Below, piece by piece: positions 30,950-43,288 of a DNA stretch of 64,000 nt. Within the stretch, counting starts at the first letter, position 1. Every line of letters begins with the position of its first letter. The notes beneath the pieces were generated by a model. That model was not told where the DNA came from. It searched no databases and saw only the letters and a program-made list of their open reading frames with translations. The translations under genes and the position numbers were made by a program. This DNA comes from Ministeria vibrans ATCC 50519 (Eukaryota > Protista > Filasterea), in the NCBI GenBank assembly GCA_943704425.1, contig CALSCP010001670.1:86266-150265 (forward strand). Reading direction: 5' to 3'.

Positions 30950-31640
30950 ATACGTGCGTGCTTCTTCCAGTCCATGCAGGCACCACGGGAGGGACTCACC
31001 GAGGGAGTCCCCTGCCTGGACTGAAGGAGTCCTTCGGAACTGCCTGGCTGGGCACGCCGACTCCCTGTGCGCTGCAACGAACTGACGCGCCGCAGTTATT
31101 TGCGTCGAGCACGAGGTGTGTTGCGTGCCCTTGCTTGCGTTTCTTTACGAGCAGCAGCAGCCGCTGTGCCAACGTACTGCTATTCTCGTCGACTCACGGG
31201 GAGCCACACGCCCAAGGGCTATTTGCGCCCGGTCTGTCCTATCTGGTGCAAAGTTTGCATTGAAGCGAGTTTCACCGGTGGTGATGTACCCATGACGGGA
31301 GAGCACGCATCTTCTGCCCTGGCTCGAACCCGGCCGGGGGTGCTCTCGTGTGGCGCGTCACATCCCCCTCTGTCGACATGTACTCGTTTAGAGTGGCCCT
31401 GTGGGAAGCGTGCAGTGGCGGAGAGCGACCATACGCGCCGTTCTATGACGACGAGACGGGCATCTGTGAGCATGTGCGTGGTGGCGGTCGGCCCCCTCCC
31501 ACAGGACTTGACCATCGTGTGCACGATGTGCTCTGTCGACGCACACTGGATCGAGCGACCGCATGCCCATGAAATGCACATGATGCTGGAGGAACTGCTA
31601 GAAGACAATGAGGATGGCGACGATGAAGAGGAGGACGTTC
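30950..31640 (+). pseudogene. Decayed tyrosine-kinase (TK/TKL) catalytic domain
   Basis: Motifs in collinear order but in different frames: ANVLL, GGDVPM, SVDMYSFRVALWEACSGGERPY...VRGGGRPP, W.ERP...LEELL. HRD and DFG are not intact. Confidence 0.7.
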
Positions 31641-32332
31641 GTACACCAGATATGATGAGTAAAATAAATTTGAGAATGATAATAATCTTATTGTGCTGAC
31701 GCCAATAGTCCACTTTGAACTTTCAAGCTTCTCATAATTTTCTCATTACAACCATTTTCATTTAAGTGTGATTTAACATCTGAATAAGATCTGATCATCA
31801 GTCGTACGGCGAGATTAGAGTTAATCGTTCATTCCCAAATCCCAATCAAACATTGAGCAAAAGTGAACTGATATTTCACTATTCACAATTCACACACACA
31901 CTTTTCTCTTGCTCTTTGTTTGTGGCCTGCATCTGCCGTGATCGACGACCCAGAACACACTCGCACTACTCTTGCTGCTCTCAAAGGCGGTATGTGCGTC
32001 GCTCAACAATTGAATAAATATGAACTTTGTTTGATTTCCTGCAATCTCCGCCGCTGTCGATTGTGGGACCGGGCTTGTTGCAGTGATGCAGTCCTTAGAA
32101 TTGGCTTTGAACGCGCCTCTTCGCGAATCAATCCGTTCAGTCGAGTTTTCCTTTTTTTTTTTTTCGTCCAACAAAAATTAAAATCAATAACTTCTTGATG
32201 CGCTTGATTTTGACGTCGCAAAGGAGGCGGTGTGGTCTATTGTGGTCGGTATTGTTGATTCTGGCGGTCAACTCACTCTCGCCGTCTTTTTTCTGCAGAT
32301 TTAGAAACGATTAGGAAACGATTATCACTCGA

Positions 32333-32467
32333 ATGACATTCTGTCGCCATCCACTGCTGAGCGATGTGTTTGCGTATGTGCGGGGTGAGGGGGTGAAGTT
32401 GTTCTGTGAAGATGAGACTGGGCCAGACCAGGTGGACGGTGCACTGGCGACAATGAAGGGACACGAG
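32333..32467 (+). CDS. 5' fragment of a WD40 protein paralogous to the gene at 46698; cut by an N-gap
   Basis: MTFCRHPLLSDVFAYVRGEGVKLFCEDETGPDQVDGALATMKGHE aligns without gaps to MPFARHPTVNKVVAYTSGDGVVLFQEDQAGHEEIDDPL. Confidence 0.65.
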
Positions 32468-32545
32468 NNNNNNNCTTTGTTTCTTGCTCTCTCCTCTCTC
32501 TTACACACACACACATACACACACACAAAGAGCGCGCACGATAAA

Positions 32546-35498
32546 TCAGTACAAGGACGAAGAAAATGGTGGGTGCACAATTACCTTGTCCTTATCCGCA
32601 GACGCGGCACCGCTCTTACGCTGTCGGCGCTTCTTTGGAGCTGATTGCGTTGCTACCTGATCGACTGTCACTGTGGGTTCGGTCACGGAAACAGCGACGG
32701 TAGTAACAGCAGCCGAAGGGGCGCTCTTCTTGCCCTTGCCTTGTCTGTTTCCTCCGGCGGCCACGGCGGTCACGCGCACCGGTTCCACTCTGGTCTTGGT
32801 CTCGGTCTGTTGCGTTTGCTGTTTCTTGCCTTGTGACTGTTGCGGCTGCTCCCTTTTCTGTTGTTGGTGCTGCTGTGACTGTTGCTGTGACTGTTGCTGT
32901 GGTTGTTTGGCGCGCGAGTCGGTTTTGCGGACAGAAGAAGAAGGTGCAATAGAGGTAGCAGCAGCGCGTGAAGAAGGGGATGCCCTGACTTGGCCACGGT
33001 TAGCAGCCGATGACGAAGACGCAGCGTAGCCCGTACCCCGCGGCCCAAACGCAGGGGGGCCTCTGGGGCGCGACATTTCCTTGCCATGCTTTAGCTTCTC
33101 AACGGGAGTTTCCATGGGTGTAATGACGAGCGAGCCATTCTCGAGTTCCCACTTGCGGAACTCGTCGAGCGAGCGCAATTTAAACACCATCACGGCACTG
33201 GCGGTGGTCAGCGCCTCATCAAGACCACACAGCTCAAAGATTGTCATGTTCCCACTCGGTTTGACGTTAGTTCCAAACAGCCCCGTGTCAGAGTTGATTC
33301 GCTGAACAAACATAAGCGACAAAAAGAAAAGAAAAAAGAGATTAATCAAATCAATGGCGCGAACGAGACAGACAGACAGAGAAAGAAAGAAAGAGAGATA
33401 GAGAGAGAGAGAGAGAAAGAGAGAGAGGAGAAAGAAACAAGATAGAGAGAGAGAAAGGAGAAAGAAACAAAGTGATAGAGAGAGGAGAAAGAAACAGAGT
33501 GATAAAGAGAGAGAGAGAGGGAGAAAGAAACAAAGTGATATATAGAGAGAGGGAGAAAGAAACAAAGTGATAGAGAGAGAGGTGAAAGAAACAAAGTGAT
33601 AGAGAGAGAAGAGAAAAAGAGCGATAGAGAGAGGCAGGGTAATAAAAATATAAAAGGGTACGTTGAGAGTAGCACCGCCTTTGCCAACAAGAAAGCCGCC
33701 GACGCTCTTGGGAACTGCAAAGGTGACTTTTTTGTACTCGAGTCGCGTACGCACTTGTTCAATTGCCTCGTTGCTCTGCAGAGAGACAGAGAGATGTTAA
33801 AAAAAAAGCCCAATCAATAGATGAAAGTATAGAGAAGAAGAAGACCGTACGGTTGCAACGACCGAGACAGAGTTGTCGTCGGAGGCAACGCGAATAGAAA
33901 GGATACCCTCCATCTGCTCGGCACTGCGGATGGTTGCGCCGCCCTTGCCAATCACAACCCCAATGGTCTCCGCCGGTACGCGAAACTGCACCGACACGCG
34001 CGGCACTACCTCGGCGGCCGCCGAAAGTTTAGCTACAGGCTGTGCCTTACATGTGGCAAGAAAACAAGCATGAGCGACTGGGCGCACGTTACAACATATG
34101 ATACCTGTCGTTCGGCACGGTGCACGGCGTTGAGCAGCTGCTGTACGTGAATGTTGAAGATGACCTTGGCGACGTGCACTGTTGAGAATGTACCAATGAC
34201 ATAGAGCGTATCGGTCGTGCCGCACATGGAGACATACAGAGCCTTGCAGGCTTCCTTGAATTCTAAAGAGTTTGGGACGGTATCAAGGGCGTTGAATAAT
34301 CCTTTCGACGTTACCTTTGTGCGTCGCTTCGCGTTGCGCTACCTCAGCAGTGACTGCGGGAATGGGGAACTCGACACGAGCGAGGTCGTGTGGAATGGTA
34401 AATGCACCGTGTCTACAGGAGGGAGGGAGGGAGGAAGAAACAAAGTGAGAGAGAGAGAGGAGAAAGAAACAAAGTGATAGAGAAGAAAGAAACAAAGTGA
34501 TAGAGAGAGAGAGAGGAGAAAGAAACAAAGTGATAGAGAAGAAAGAAACAAAGTGATAGAGAGAGAGAGAGAGGAGAAAGAAACAAAGTGATAGAGAGAG
34601 AGAGAGGAGAAAGAAACAAAGTGATAGAGAGAGAAGCATCGTCGCTCTCTTTCGTTTGATCGTATACCGCATAGCGACCGGCTCGCGAATTTGCGAAAGT
34701 TCGACAAAATCGTGAATTTTGTCGCCGTTGGCATGCTCCAACAGGTAGATGTCGCCGCGCTGCTGGGTCACCACGGCTTGACACCAGCCATTCTTGGCCG
34801 CGGGATCGGCAGGATTCCATTGGAGGAACACCTACAAGGAGAAATGCGAAGTTACAGACACCACCAAAAAAAAAAAAAAAAAAAAAAAAAAAGAAAAGAA
34901 TCAACATCGAAAAAAAAAAACCAGACTGTGTCGATTGAACGGAAGCAGATGCGACTAGCGGGGGACACGCGGATGGAGGGGTTGAGCATATGCCAGTCGG
35001 CAGGATGGGCCCGCGGGACTGGCCGTGGGGCCCTTGCATGCGTCATCGTTACGTCGACAAGACCAAACACTCAAAAAAAAGGAAAGAAAAGAAATAAAAA
35101 CGAACCTCGACGGAATCGCCGGCCTTGGGCAGGAAGGGCTCGGGGCTCTGGGGTGGCACCAGACGAATGAGAGCGGCATCGACCCACTGGGGGGGACGGG
35201 AGGAGGGCGCAATCGTGACAAAGAGGCGATTGGTGTCGCGGTCAAAATCCATAATGGATGCCTAAGCGAAAGAGAGACATTGAGGAGCGGTGTTGGTCCT
35301 GCAGAGCAGCGGCGCCCGTGGAAGACCCGCCTGAGAGACGGGTGGAGACGGGGAGAGTAAAGGGAAGGAGAGGGGCTGGGTGGGGGGCTGGTGGGGGCAT
35401 GGAGGAGTTGTCAAGACCTGAATGTACGAATCGGTGTCTTCATTGTACAGCTCGATGCGGCTTTCGCATGTGTACAGCCACAACAGACAAGACGCCAT
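32546..35498 (-). CDS. FMR1: Fragile X-family RNA-binding protein (Agenet x2, KH0, KH1, KH2, low-complexity tail); 3' end may splice into the gap
   Basis: IRLVPP..GDSVE|VF..GWCQAVV..RGDIYLLE (tandem Agenet); QREATHK|EFKEACKA..FNIHVQQL (KH0); QFRVPAETIGVVIGKGGATIRSA (KH1); RTRLEY..FAVPKSVGGFLVGKGG (KH2). Confidence 0.85.
33365..33635. repeat. Intronic minisatellite (GA)n-GGAGAAAGAAACAAAGTGATA, about 6 copies
   Basis: The core aagaaacaaagtgatag recurs between GA microsatellite spacers. Confidence 0.9.
34425..34635. repeat. Second array of the same AAGAAACAAAGTGATAG minisatellite, about 7 copies
   Basis: Direct inspection; same core as 33365-33635. Confidence 0.9.
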
Positions 35499-35633
35499 GA
35501 TTGAGGACACGTGGGGCACAGAGAACGGTATATTTTTGATTTTTGGTATGATTTAATTGATTTTGAATTTTGATCGTAAATTCGTGAAGTTCAAGTTGTC
35601 AACAAATTTATTTTGCTCTTCAAACGCCCAAGA

Positions 35634-36527
35634 ATGGCACTGCTTGTAACATCTCGCTTGCTTGTGGCAGCTGCTGTGGTTGCCTTGTGCCAGTATTCGT
35701 GCCTTGCAGGACCGGAAGACCCCTCTTCGTGGCCCGTTGCGTTCAAGTTCGTTCTTCTGTCTGATGGCCATCCAACTCACCCCACACACCCGTTGTAGTG
35801 CTAGCTTCTTAGCGGGTTCAAGTGTTGGCGTGTTGTATTATGACTGGACGGTATGATACATTCCTTAGAGCACTCAAAAGGCAACAATCGTCGCTTTTTT
35901 TTTTTTTTTTTTTTTTTTTGAACTTGTGTCCTTCTTTCCTCGCTCTCTCCTGCTTCTTTTTACAGCACCAATCGCAGGTGATCGAGCACGGCCCCAGGGC
36001 GTTTGAATGCGAACAGTTCTACAATGCTTCCTTGGGCTGCTCACTCCTGTTCACTCCCAAAGGTGCGTTTCACTGTTGTGTGCGTCCGTCCATCTGTCTG
36101 CCTTCAAATCACAAGCAGATTCCCCTCGGCTAAATCCGTCCTCTTAGGAATGTACGCGATGATCTCCACCGACCACCATCTGCCTCCAAAGTGTTGTTTA
36201 GACATTCCGGGTCTTGGCGCTCCCCCGCCCGACTTCACCAAGGACTTTGTGTTTCAGTCTCTCACCATTGTTGCCGGCGTCGAGTGTCGCGAATTCTCGA
36301 CGGGCTCGCCTCACGCCTATTCCGATTCATTTAAAGCGCAGCCCAGTGGCACCGACTCCCGCGTCCCCTGCACCTTCTCCTTTCCCGACCCTGACCAGAC
36401 CATGGTCTTTCTGCCCACCACAGTGGGGGTCGGTCCGCAAAATGCATCGCGCTTTGTTGTTCCCGACAACTGCGCCTCTTCCTGCAAGAGCCTCAAGAAG
36501 CCTGGCTCAGCGCACAAGCCCCATTAA
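35634..36527 (+). CDS. Secreted ependymin-related (EPDR-like) protein, 4 exons
   Basis: Signal peptide, then WPVAF, GVLYYDW, CC..PGLGAPPPDF, VAGVECREF, VPCTF and a terminal F.VPDNC, the pattern recalled for the ependymin-related superfamily. Confidence 0.65.
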
Positions 36528-37369
36528 AAAGATAGATATAGGCTTTAACAGAAGAATAATATTATAATCTATACACGAATAATTCTTCTTATAATAAAAT
36601 TACAATAAGTATTAAATATTACTGCGTGGGTGTATCATGAATATTGATTAAATCACTTTAAAGTTTAAATGGGCTGTAATTTGTCTTCTTCTTCTAATCT
36701 TCTTCTTCATAAACGGGCTGTATTCTATAATAATAAAAATCAATCAGCTATTAATTTCTAATTACTTATTGACTGAGTGACTGGCGGTTGTCCTAAATCA
36801 CCTGAAAAGCAAAGACGACGAGAGGCAAATCTGAGAGAACCGTCAACTGAGAGTTCAGAGCAGACGCCAGACGGAACCCTCCCTCGCTACAGAATTCCAC
36901 GAGAGACAAACGTGAGCTGTGTTGATCAGCCAGTCATTACCAAAGAGAACTGTGAAAACGTTCCTTTTATTCGCCAACTTCACCTTAAGGTACCGAAACA
37001 TTGACTCTCAGCCATCCAGGGGTTCACCTCCCCATGGCGCACCTGTCATACGCTACAGCGTTCTGATGCAAAAAAAGATCACGCCGATCAGCAACAGCTG
37101 CACGTCGCGCCAGACCGGTAGGCCTTTGGCCTNNNNNNNNNNNNNNNNNNNNNNNNNNNNNNNNNNNNNNNNNNNNNNNNNNNNNNNNNNNNNNNNNNNN
37201 NNNNNNNNNNNNNNNNNNNNNNNNNNNNNNNNNNNNNGGGGGGGGGGAAGAATCAAACCGCGTGTGAGAGAGTGAGAGAGAGGGGAGGAGAAAGAAACAA
37301 AGTGATGGAGAAAGGGTTACGAGATGCAGAAAAAACAAGCGCTAAAATCTCACAACATTATTATTATAG

Positions 37370-37824
37370 GGTCTCTACCGTGGCTTCAACATCTCGGTCG
37401 TCGGCATCATTGTCTACCGTGGCCTGTACTTCGGTATCTTCGACAGCGTCAAGCCCATCATCCCCGCCGAGTACCAGAGCAACTTCCTCGTCACCTTCAT
37501 GCTCGGCTGGGCTATCACCATCGGTGCCGGCCTTGCCTCGTACCCCATCGACACCATCCGTCGCCGCATGATGATGACCTCTGGCGAGGCCGTCAAGTAC
37601 AGCGGCTCTCTCGGTAAGTTTTTACTCTATTATTTTCGTTTTTGTTGTTGATACATGCTCATTCCTTCCTTCTATTTTGTTATGTAGACTGCGCCAAACA
37701 GATTATGGCCAAGGAGGGCTTCGCCTCCATGTTCAAGGGTGCTGGCGCCAACGTTCTCCGTGCCGTCGCCGGTGCCGGTGTGCTCGCTGGTTACGAGAAG
37801 ATGCAGGAGATTTTCCTCAACTAG
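37370..37824 (+). CDS. ANT: Mitochondrial ADP/ATP carrier, last two exons (5' part in the gap)
   Basis: [30 protein letters not shown] (RRRMMM signature), [10 protein letters not shown]. Confidence 0.95.
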
Positions 37825-38037
37825 AGATAAAGAAAAGCTCTCACGTTTTTTTCAACATTGTTATTAGTTTTGTTTTCAGTTCCACTGTATTTTTCTTCGA
37901 GTTTTATATATCTAATTGTCCATGTCCTATGGACAGCAGCTCTTTTCTTTATATAATTACGACGAGTCACAGTCAAAAAAAGTGTGAAAATAATCAGTTT
38001 CACAGTTTTTTTGTCAAATTGGTTTTCGAGTATTTAT

Positions 38038-41000
38038 ATGGCCATGTCCGATGGACAACAGCTGCTAGAGGCAATAAAGGAACGCAACGAGGAGGCTGGT
38101 ATATACTTGAGCGAACGAACGAAATTTTAACCAATCCTCACTGTGCATCAGTTTCGAATTTGCTGAACCGCCTTGGCCCTGCCGCGCTGGAGCTTGTCAA
38201 TCGCGCTGACGCAGACGGTCGCTTTCCTCTTTCGTATGCTGCCGCTAACAATGACGTCCTGGTCGCCGAGAAGCTCTTTCGTGTACAGCTCGACTGGTCG
38301 ACCCGACCAAGAAGCAAAAAAAGTAAACAACTGACTGTGTATGTACGAATGGGACGTAGGCGGGTGCCACCCTCGACAAGGGAGACGCCACGGGGCACTC
38401 GCCGCTCCACTATGCTGTGGCCGAGGCGGCATACGAGGCGGCCGACTTGCTCATTAGTGCCCGAGCGAATGTGGACGTCTCAGGCGAAGACGGCGACACT
38501 CCGCTGATGTGGGCCATCGAGAAGAACGACGTTCGCCTGGTCTCCCTCCTGCTGGACAGTGGTGCCGACATCAACCATTGCGACAGCGGCCTTGACGATG
38601 GCTCGCCCGCCCTCTACAGCGCCGTCAAGGGACACAAAGAGGAGGTCACTGCCCTTCTCCTCGAACACGGCTGTGCCGTCAACGCGCGTGGTGGGGTTCA
38701 ACACCAAACGGCCCTCATGATCGCCGCTCGGTACGTGACGCAAGGAGGGAGAGTGGGAGAGAGCTAACCGCTTATGTGTGTAGGTATGGCGAACTTGCGT
38801 TGGTGCAGTCCTTATTGAGTGCGCATGCCGACGCGTCGCTCAAAGACGACCAAAAGCGCACCGCACTTCACTGCGCTGCCACGCACGGCCATGCGCACGT
38901 TGCCATGACCCTTGTTAATGTACGCTACACTCACACACACACACATTTATCTTCATATCACTGCATCTCTGTTTTCTCTCCGAAGTATTGCGCCAGTTTA
39001 CTCAATGCAATCGACGAAGACGGTAAAACCGCACTGATCTGTGCAGCGGAGCAGTCACACGCGGACGTCGTGTCAACACTACTTGAAGTACCGCACTCAT
39101 TTAAAGCGGAGGAAACTTGACATTGGCGCATTTAGATGGGGGCTGATGCAAACGTGACGACAGTCGGCGGATGGACAGCGGCGCACTATGCGGCATGGCG
39201 GAACCACACTGGCACACTCAACGCGCTCATTCAGAGCCGCGTCAATGTCAACATTGGACTAGACTACACTCGTACAAAAGAAGCAAAAATCAGAGCGAGA
39301 TAGATAGACAGCTAATGTGGTTGTCTTGTAGCACTCCATCTGGCGGCCAACATGCGACACAAGGACGCCGTTCGTATGCTTGTGCTCGCCGGCGCAAACG
39401 TATGCACTGCCCCCCCCCCNNNNNNNNNNNNNNNNNNNNNNNNNNNNNNNNNNNNNNNNNNNNNNNNNNNNNNNNNNNNNNNNNNNNNNNNNNNNNNNNN
39501 NNNNNNNNNNNNNNNNNNNNNNNNNNNNNNNNNNNNNNNNNNNNNNNNNNNNNNNNNNNNNNNNNNNNNNNNNNNNNNNNNNNNNNNNNNNNNNNNNNNN
39601 NNNNNNNNNNNNNNNNNNNNNNNNNNNNNNNNNNNNNNNNNNNNNNNNNNNNNNNNNNNNNNNNNNNNNNNNNNNNNNNNNNNNNNNNNNNNNNNNNNNN
39701 NNNNNNNNNNNNNNNNNNNNNNNNNNNNNNNNNNNNNNNNNNNNNNNNNNNNNNNNNNNNNNNNNNNNNNNNNNNNNNNNNNNNNNNNNNNNNNNNNNNN
39801 NNNNNNNNNNNNNNNNNNNNNNNNNNNNNNNNNNNNNNNNNNNNNNCCCCCCCCTCACACATTATTGTGTCATCACGCTTTGTTTGTTCATGCTGCAGAA
39901 ACTCGCTCATGACCGTCGCAAGAACCGAACACCATTGCTAATCGCCCAGTCCAAAGGCTACACGGAACTCTACTCATACCTCGGTACCCCTCCCTCTGAC
40001 TCGGCCATTTTTTTGCATCAATTAAACTATCCGTTTTTAACCCCCCACACCACTGCGCTGCTTACTCAGATCCCGACGACACCGATGGCTACTCGCTGCC
40101 CCCGCCCACTCGCTCGCCGCCCGCCCCGCCCCGTGTCGTTCGCCACAGCCTCACCGACCCCACTCCTCGACAGGAGAGCAACAGCAGTGACTCAACCTAT
40201 GTCGAGCCTCAAGACGTATTGTTTTATTGTTGCCCTTCCCTATCTACCTCTCACAGCAACATTCTACCTCTCCCTTGATCATTTGTGTTTTCTCCCTCAA
40301 TTTCATCTCCGTTTATCACTCTGAGCTTTTCCCCCTCCAAATGATAATCATAATAATAATAAGAATTATAATAATATTAATAATAATTATTTTATATTAT
40401 ATTGTGTAGATCTACGATAACGATCACGCCTTTGCCGCCCCCTCGCAATCGCTGCTGTCTCCTCACCCCTCTGCCAATCTCTCACGCCCCGCCAGTGCCG
40501 CTAGCATGCTTAGTGGGGGCCTCGACGATCCCACCGGCCGCACCAGTGTCTCCAGTCGTGTGTCCGACATGTCCTACTGGCTGCCCGACACTGCTCCCGC
40601 TGTGCCCTCTACCACACGTCGTCCCGTACCAATTCTTCCCGTCAGCGTGTACACTGCCTCACATTGCTAATATTACTTGTAGCCACCCGTATCCTACTCG
40701 GGGAGTCATCGTGGTAGTCACAGTTACGACACAGTCCGCGCTCCGTCGGGCTCCGCCGACGAATCTCTCCTTTACGAAACCGTACGATTTGTTTGCGGAT
40801 GCGTTTTTTTTTTTCTTACAACGTTTCTCATCTCCCGCCCTCCCACTTTATTTAGATTCAAGATGCGTCTGAACTGCACCGTCTGCGCACCTCTGTTCAA
40901 CAGTTGCAGAAAGATGTTGACGTCTTAAAAGCGACTGTGGCACAGCTGACAGCCGCGAGTGCCGCTTCTGCGGCAACGACAGAGGCCACTACCGTACGCG

Positions 41001-41260
41001 TGGCCGAGGTGCGAGTACAACTGGAGCTCGCTGATGTGTTGGAGAAGAGGAAGAAAAAGAAGGAGAAGGAACGAGTGGCGCCACGCACAGTAAACGTGCT
41101 GGCCAGTGCGTCGGAAGCGGAGTGTTTGGCCCTTGTACGACGCGCTCTGTTGCTCGACACGCACGCAACAGTCGACGTGCGCGACGTAGATGGCGTTTCT
41201 ATCATGCTACCAGCGGGTCTGAAGTCGGGTCAATCGTACGCAGTACACCTGCGCAAATAA
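38038..41260 (+). CDS. Ankyrin-repeat protein with a Pro/Ser/Tyr-rich linker, coiled coil and C-terminal beta-grasp-like domain (spans an N-gap)
   Basis: About 10 ankyrin repeats (GHSPLHYA, GDTPLMWA, QTALMIAA, RTALHCAA, GKTALICAA, GWTAAHYAA, RTPLLIA). Post-gap exons splice in phase through to ...YAVHLRK*. Confidence 0.8.
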
Positions 41261-41347
41261 ATGCCACACACTCACGCCTCTCCCGTGTACCAATAAAAAT
41301 TACCAATAAAATGGTTTTTATCTCACAATTTTTTTGGCTGTCTGCTT

Positions 41348-43206
41348 TCACTCCGCGTCATCCCCGTCACCGTCACCCTCTGCCTCCTCCGCTTTGTCGT
41401 CGCCTTTCTCCTGCTTCTTGGCCAATCGTGCGCGCTTCTTCCTGCGTCCTCTGGGCACTGCATCACTCCCGGCTGCTCCACTGCCCTCCTCCGTCGACTT
41501 ACTTTCCTCACTCTCGGGTGCAGTGCGCTTCGCTCGTGCTTTCGGGCCCCAGTTCGCCTCCGGATTGATCTGGAAGCGTTTCAGTCTGTTCTTGCGCGAC
41601 GGTGGGTTCGCATCCGGATGAATGGTCTCAAAATCCGTCTCAAACCTAAACCCATACAACCAATTACTACTATTGCTGCTATGGAATCTCCATCGTACAT
41701 ACATACAGTGCACTTACGCTGGTGTTTTCGCAAGAATAGTCTCTGCGGACGAGCCGGGCTGAGGAGCGCGCACGGGATGAAGCTTGACCCAATTGCGGAT
41801 GATGTCGTGCAACACAGAGGCGGGAGCGTCAGTCTTGATACCCTGCATATGTGCGTGTGTCGACGACACCCGATACTTTTGTTGCAGAATCGCAGAGCTA
41901 CAGAGAGAAAAAAATGATAGACGTATGTGTGAGTGAGAGAGGAAGCAGTGTCACATTTCTCGAAAGGTCGCACCGAAACTGCAGGAAAGTGAGATTGGAG
42001 GAGCGGACGGTGCGGAGTAGATCGGGAAGGACATAAAAGAGAGGGGTGTCTGGGAGTTCCTCACGCACCACAGCAAGCATGCCTTGCATGCGGGCGTACG
42101 TGCCATACGCACCAACGGCCGCGTCAGCCTCCATAGCTGCCACAAAGTCGTCGTTGTGCAGTGGGCCACTCCACAGCGGACCTCCCATCTACAGGGTGGG
42201 GGGTGAGTGAGGAGGAGGAGAAAAGGAAAAAAAANNNNNNNNNNNNNNNNNNNNNNNNNNNNNNNNNNNNNNNNNNNNNNNNNNNNNNNNNNNNNNNNNN
42301 NNNNNNNNNNNNNNNNNNNNNNNNNNNNNNNNNNNNNNNNNNNNNNNNNNNNNNNNNNNNNNNNNNNNNNNNNNNNNNNNNNNNNNNNNNNNNNNNNNNN
42401 NNNNNNNNNNNNNNNNNNNNNNNNNNNNNNNNNNNNNNNNNNNNNNNNNNNNNNNNNNNNNNNNNNNNNNNNNNNNNNNNNNNNNNNNNNNNNNNNNNNN
42501 NNNNNNNNNNNNNNNNNNNNNNNNNNNNNNNNNNNNNNNNNNNNNNNNNNNNNNNNNNNNNNNNNNNNNNNNNNNNNNNNNNNNNNNNNNNNNNNNNNNN
42601 NNNNNNNNNNNNNNNNNNNNNNNNNNNNNNNNNNNNNNNNNNNNNNNNNNNNNNNNNNNNNNNNNNNNNNNNNNNNNNNNNNNNNNNNNNNNNNNNNNNN
42701 NNNNNNNNNNNNNNNNNNNNNNNNNNNNNNNNNNNNNNNNNNNNNNNNNNNNNNNNNNNNNNNNNNNNNNNNNNNNNNNNNNNNNNNNNNNNNNNNNNNN
42801 NNNNNNNNNNNNNNNNNNNNNNNNNNNNNNNNNNNNNNNNNNNNNNNNNNNNNNNNNNNNNNNNNNNNNNNNNNNNNNNNNNNNNNNNNNNNNNNNNNNN
42901 NNNNNNNNNNNNNNNNNNNNNNNNNNNNNNNNNNNNNNNNNNNNNNNNNNNNNNNNNNNNNNNNNNNNNNNNNNNNNNNNNNNNNNNNNNNNNNNNNNNN
43001 NNNNNNNNNNNNNNNNNNNNNNNNNNNNNNNNNNNNNNNNNNNNNNNNNNNNNNNNNNNNNNNNNNNNNNNNNNNNNNNNNNNNNNNNNNNNNNNNNNNN
43101 NNNNNNNNNNNNNNNNNNNNNNNNNNNNNNNNNNNNNNNNNNNNNNNNNNNNNNNNNNNNNNNNNNNNNNNNNNNNNNNNNNNNNNNNNNNNNNNNNNNN
43201 NNNNNN

Positions 43207-43288
<82 letters not shown>

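Noticed and set aside
33365-34635. Repeat-spacer look resembling a CRISPR array
   Set aside because: Spacers are GA microsatellite, the arrays lie in eukaryotic introns, and there are no cas genes.
36770-37132. Moderately GC-rich stretch before the gap
   Set aside because: No frame gave a recognisable protein, and it does not encode the missing ANT N-terminus.
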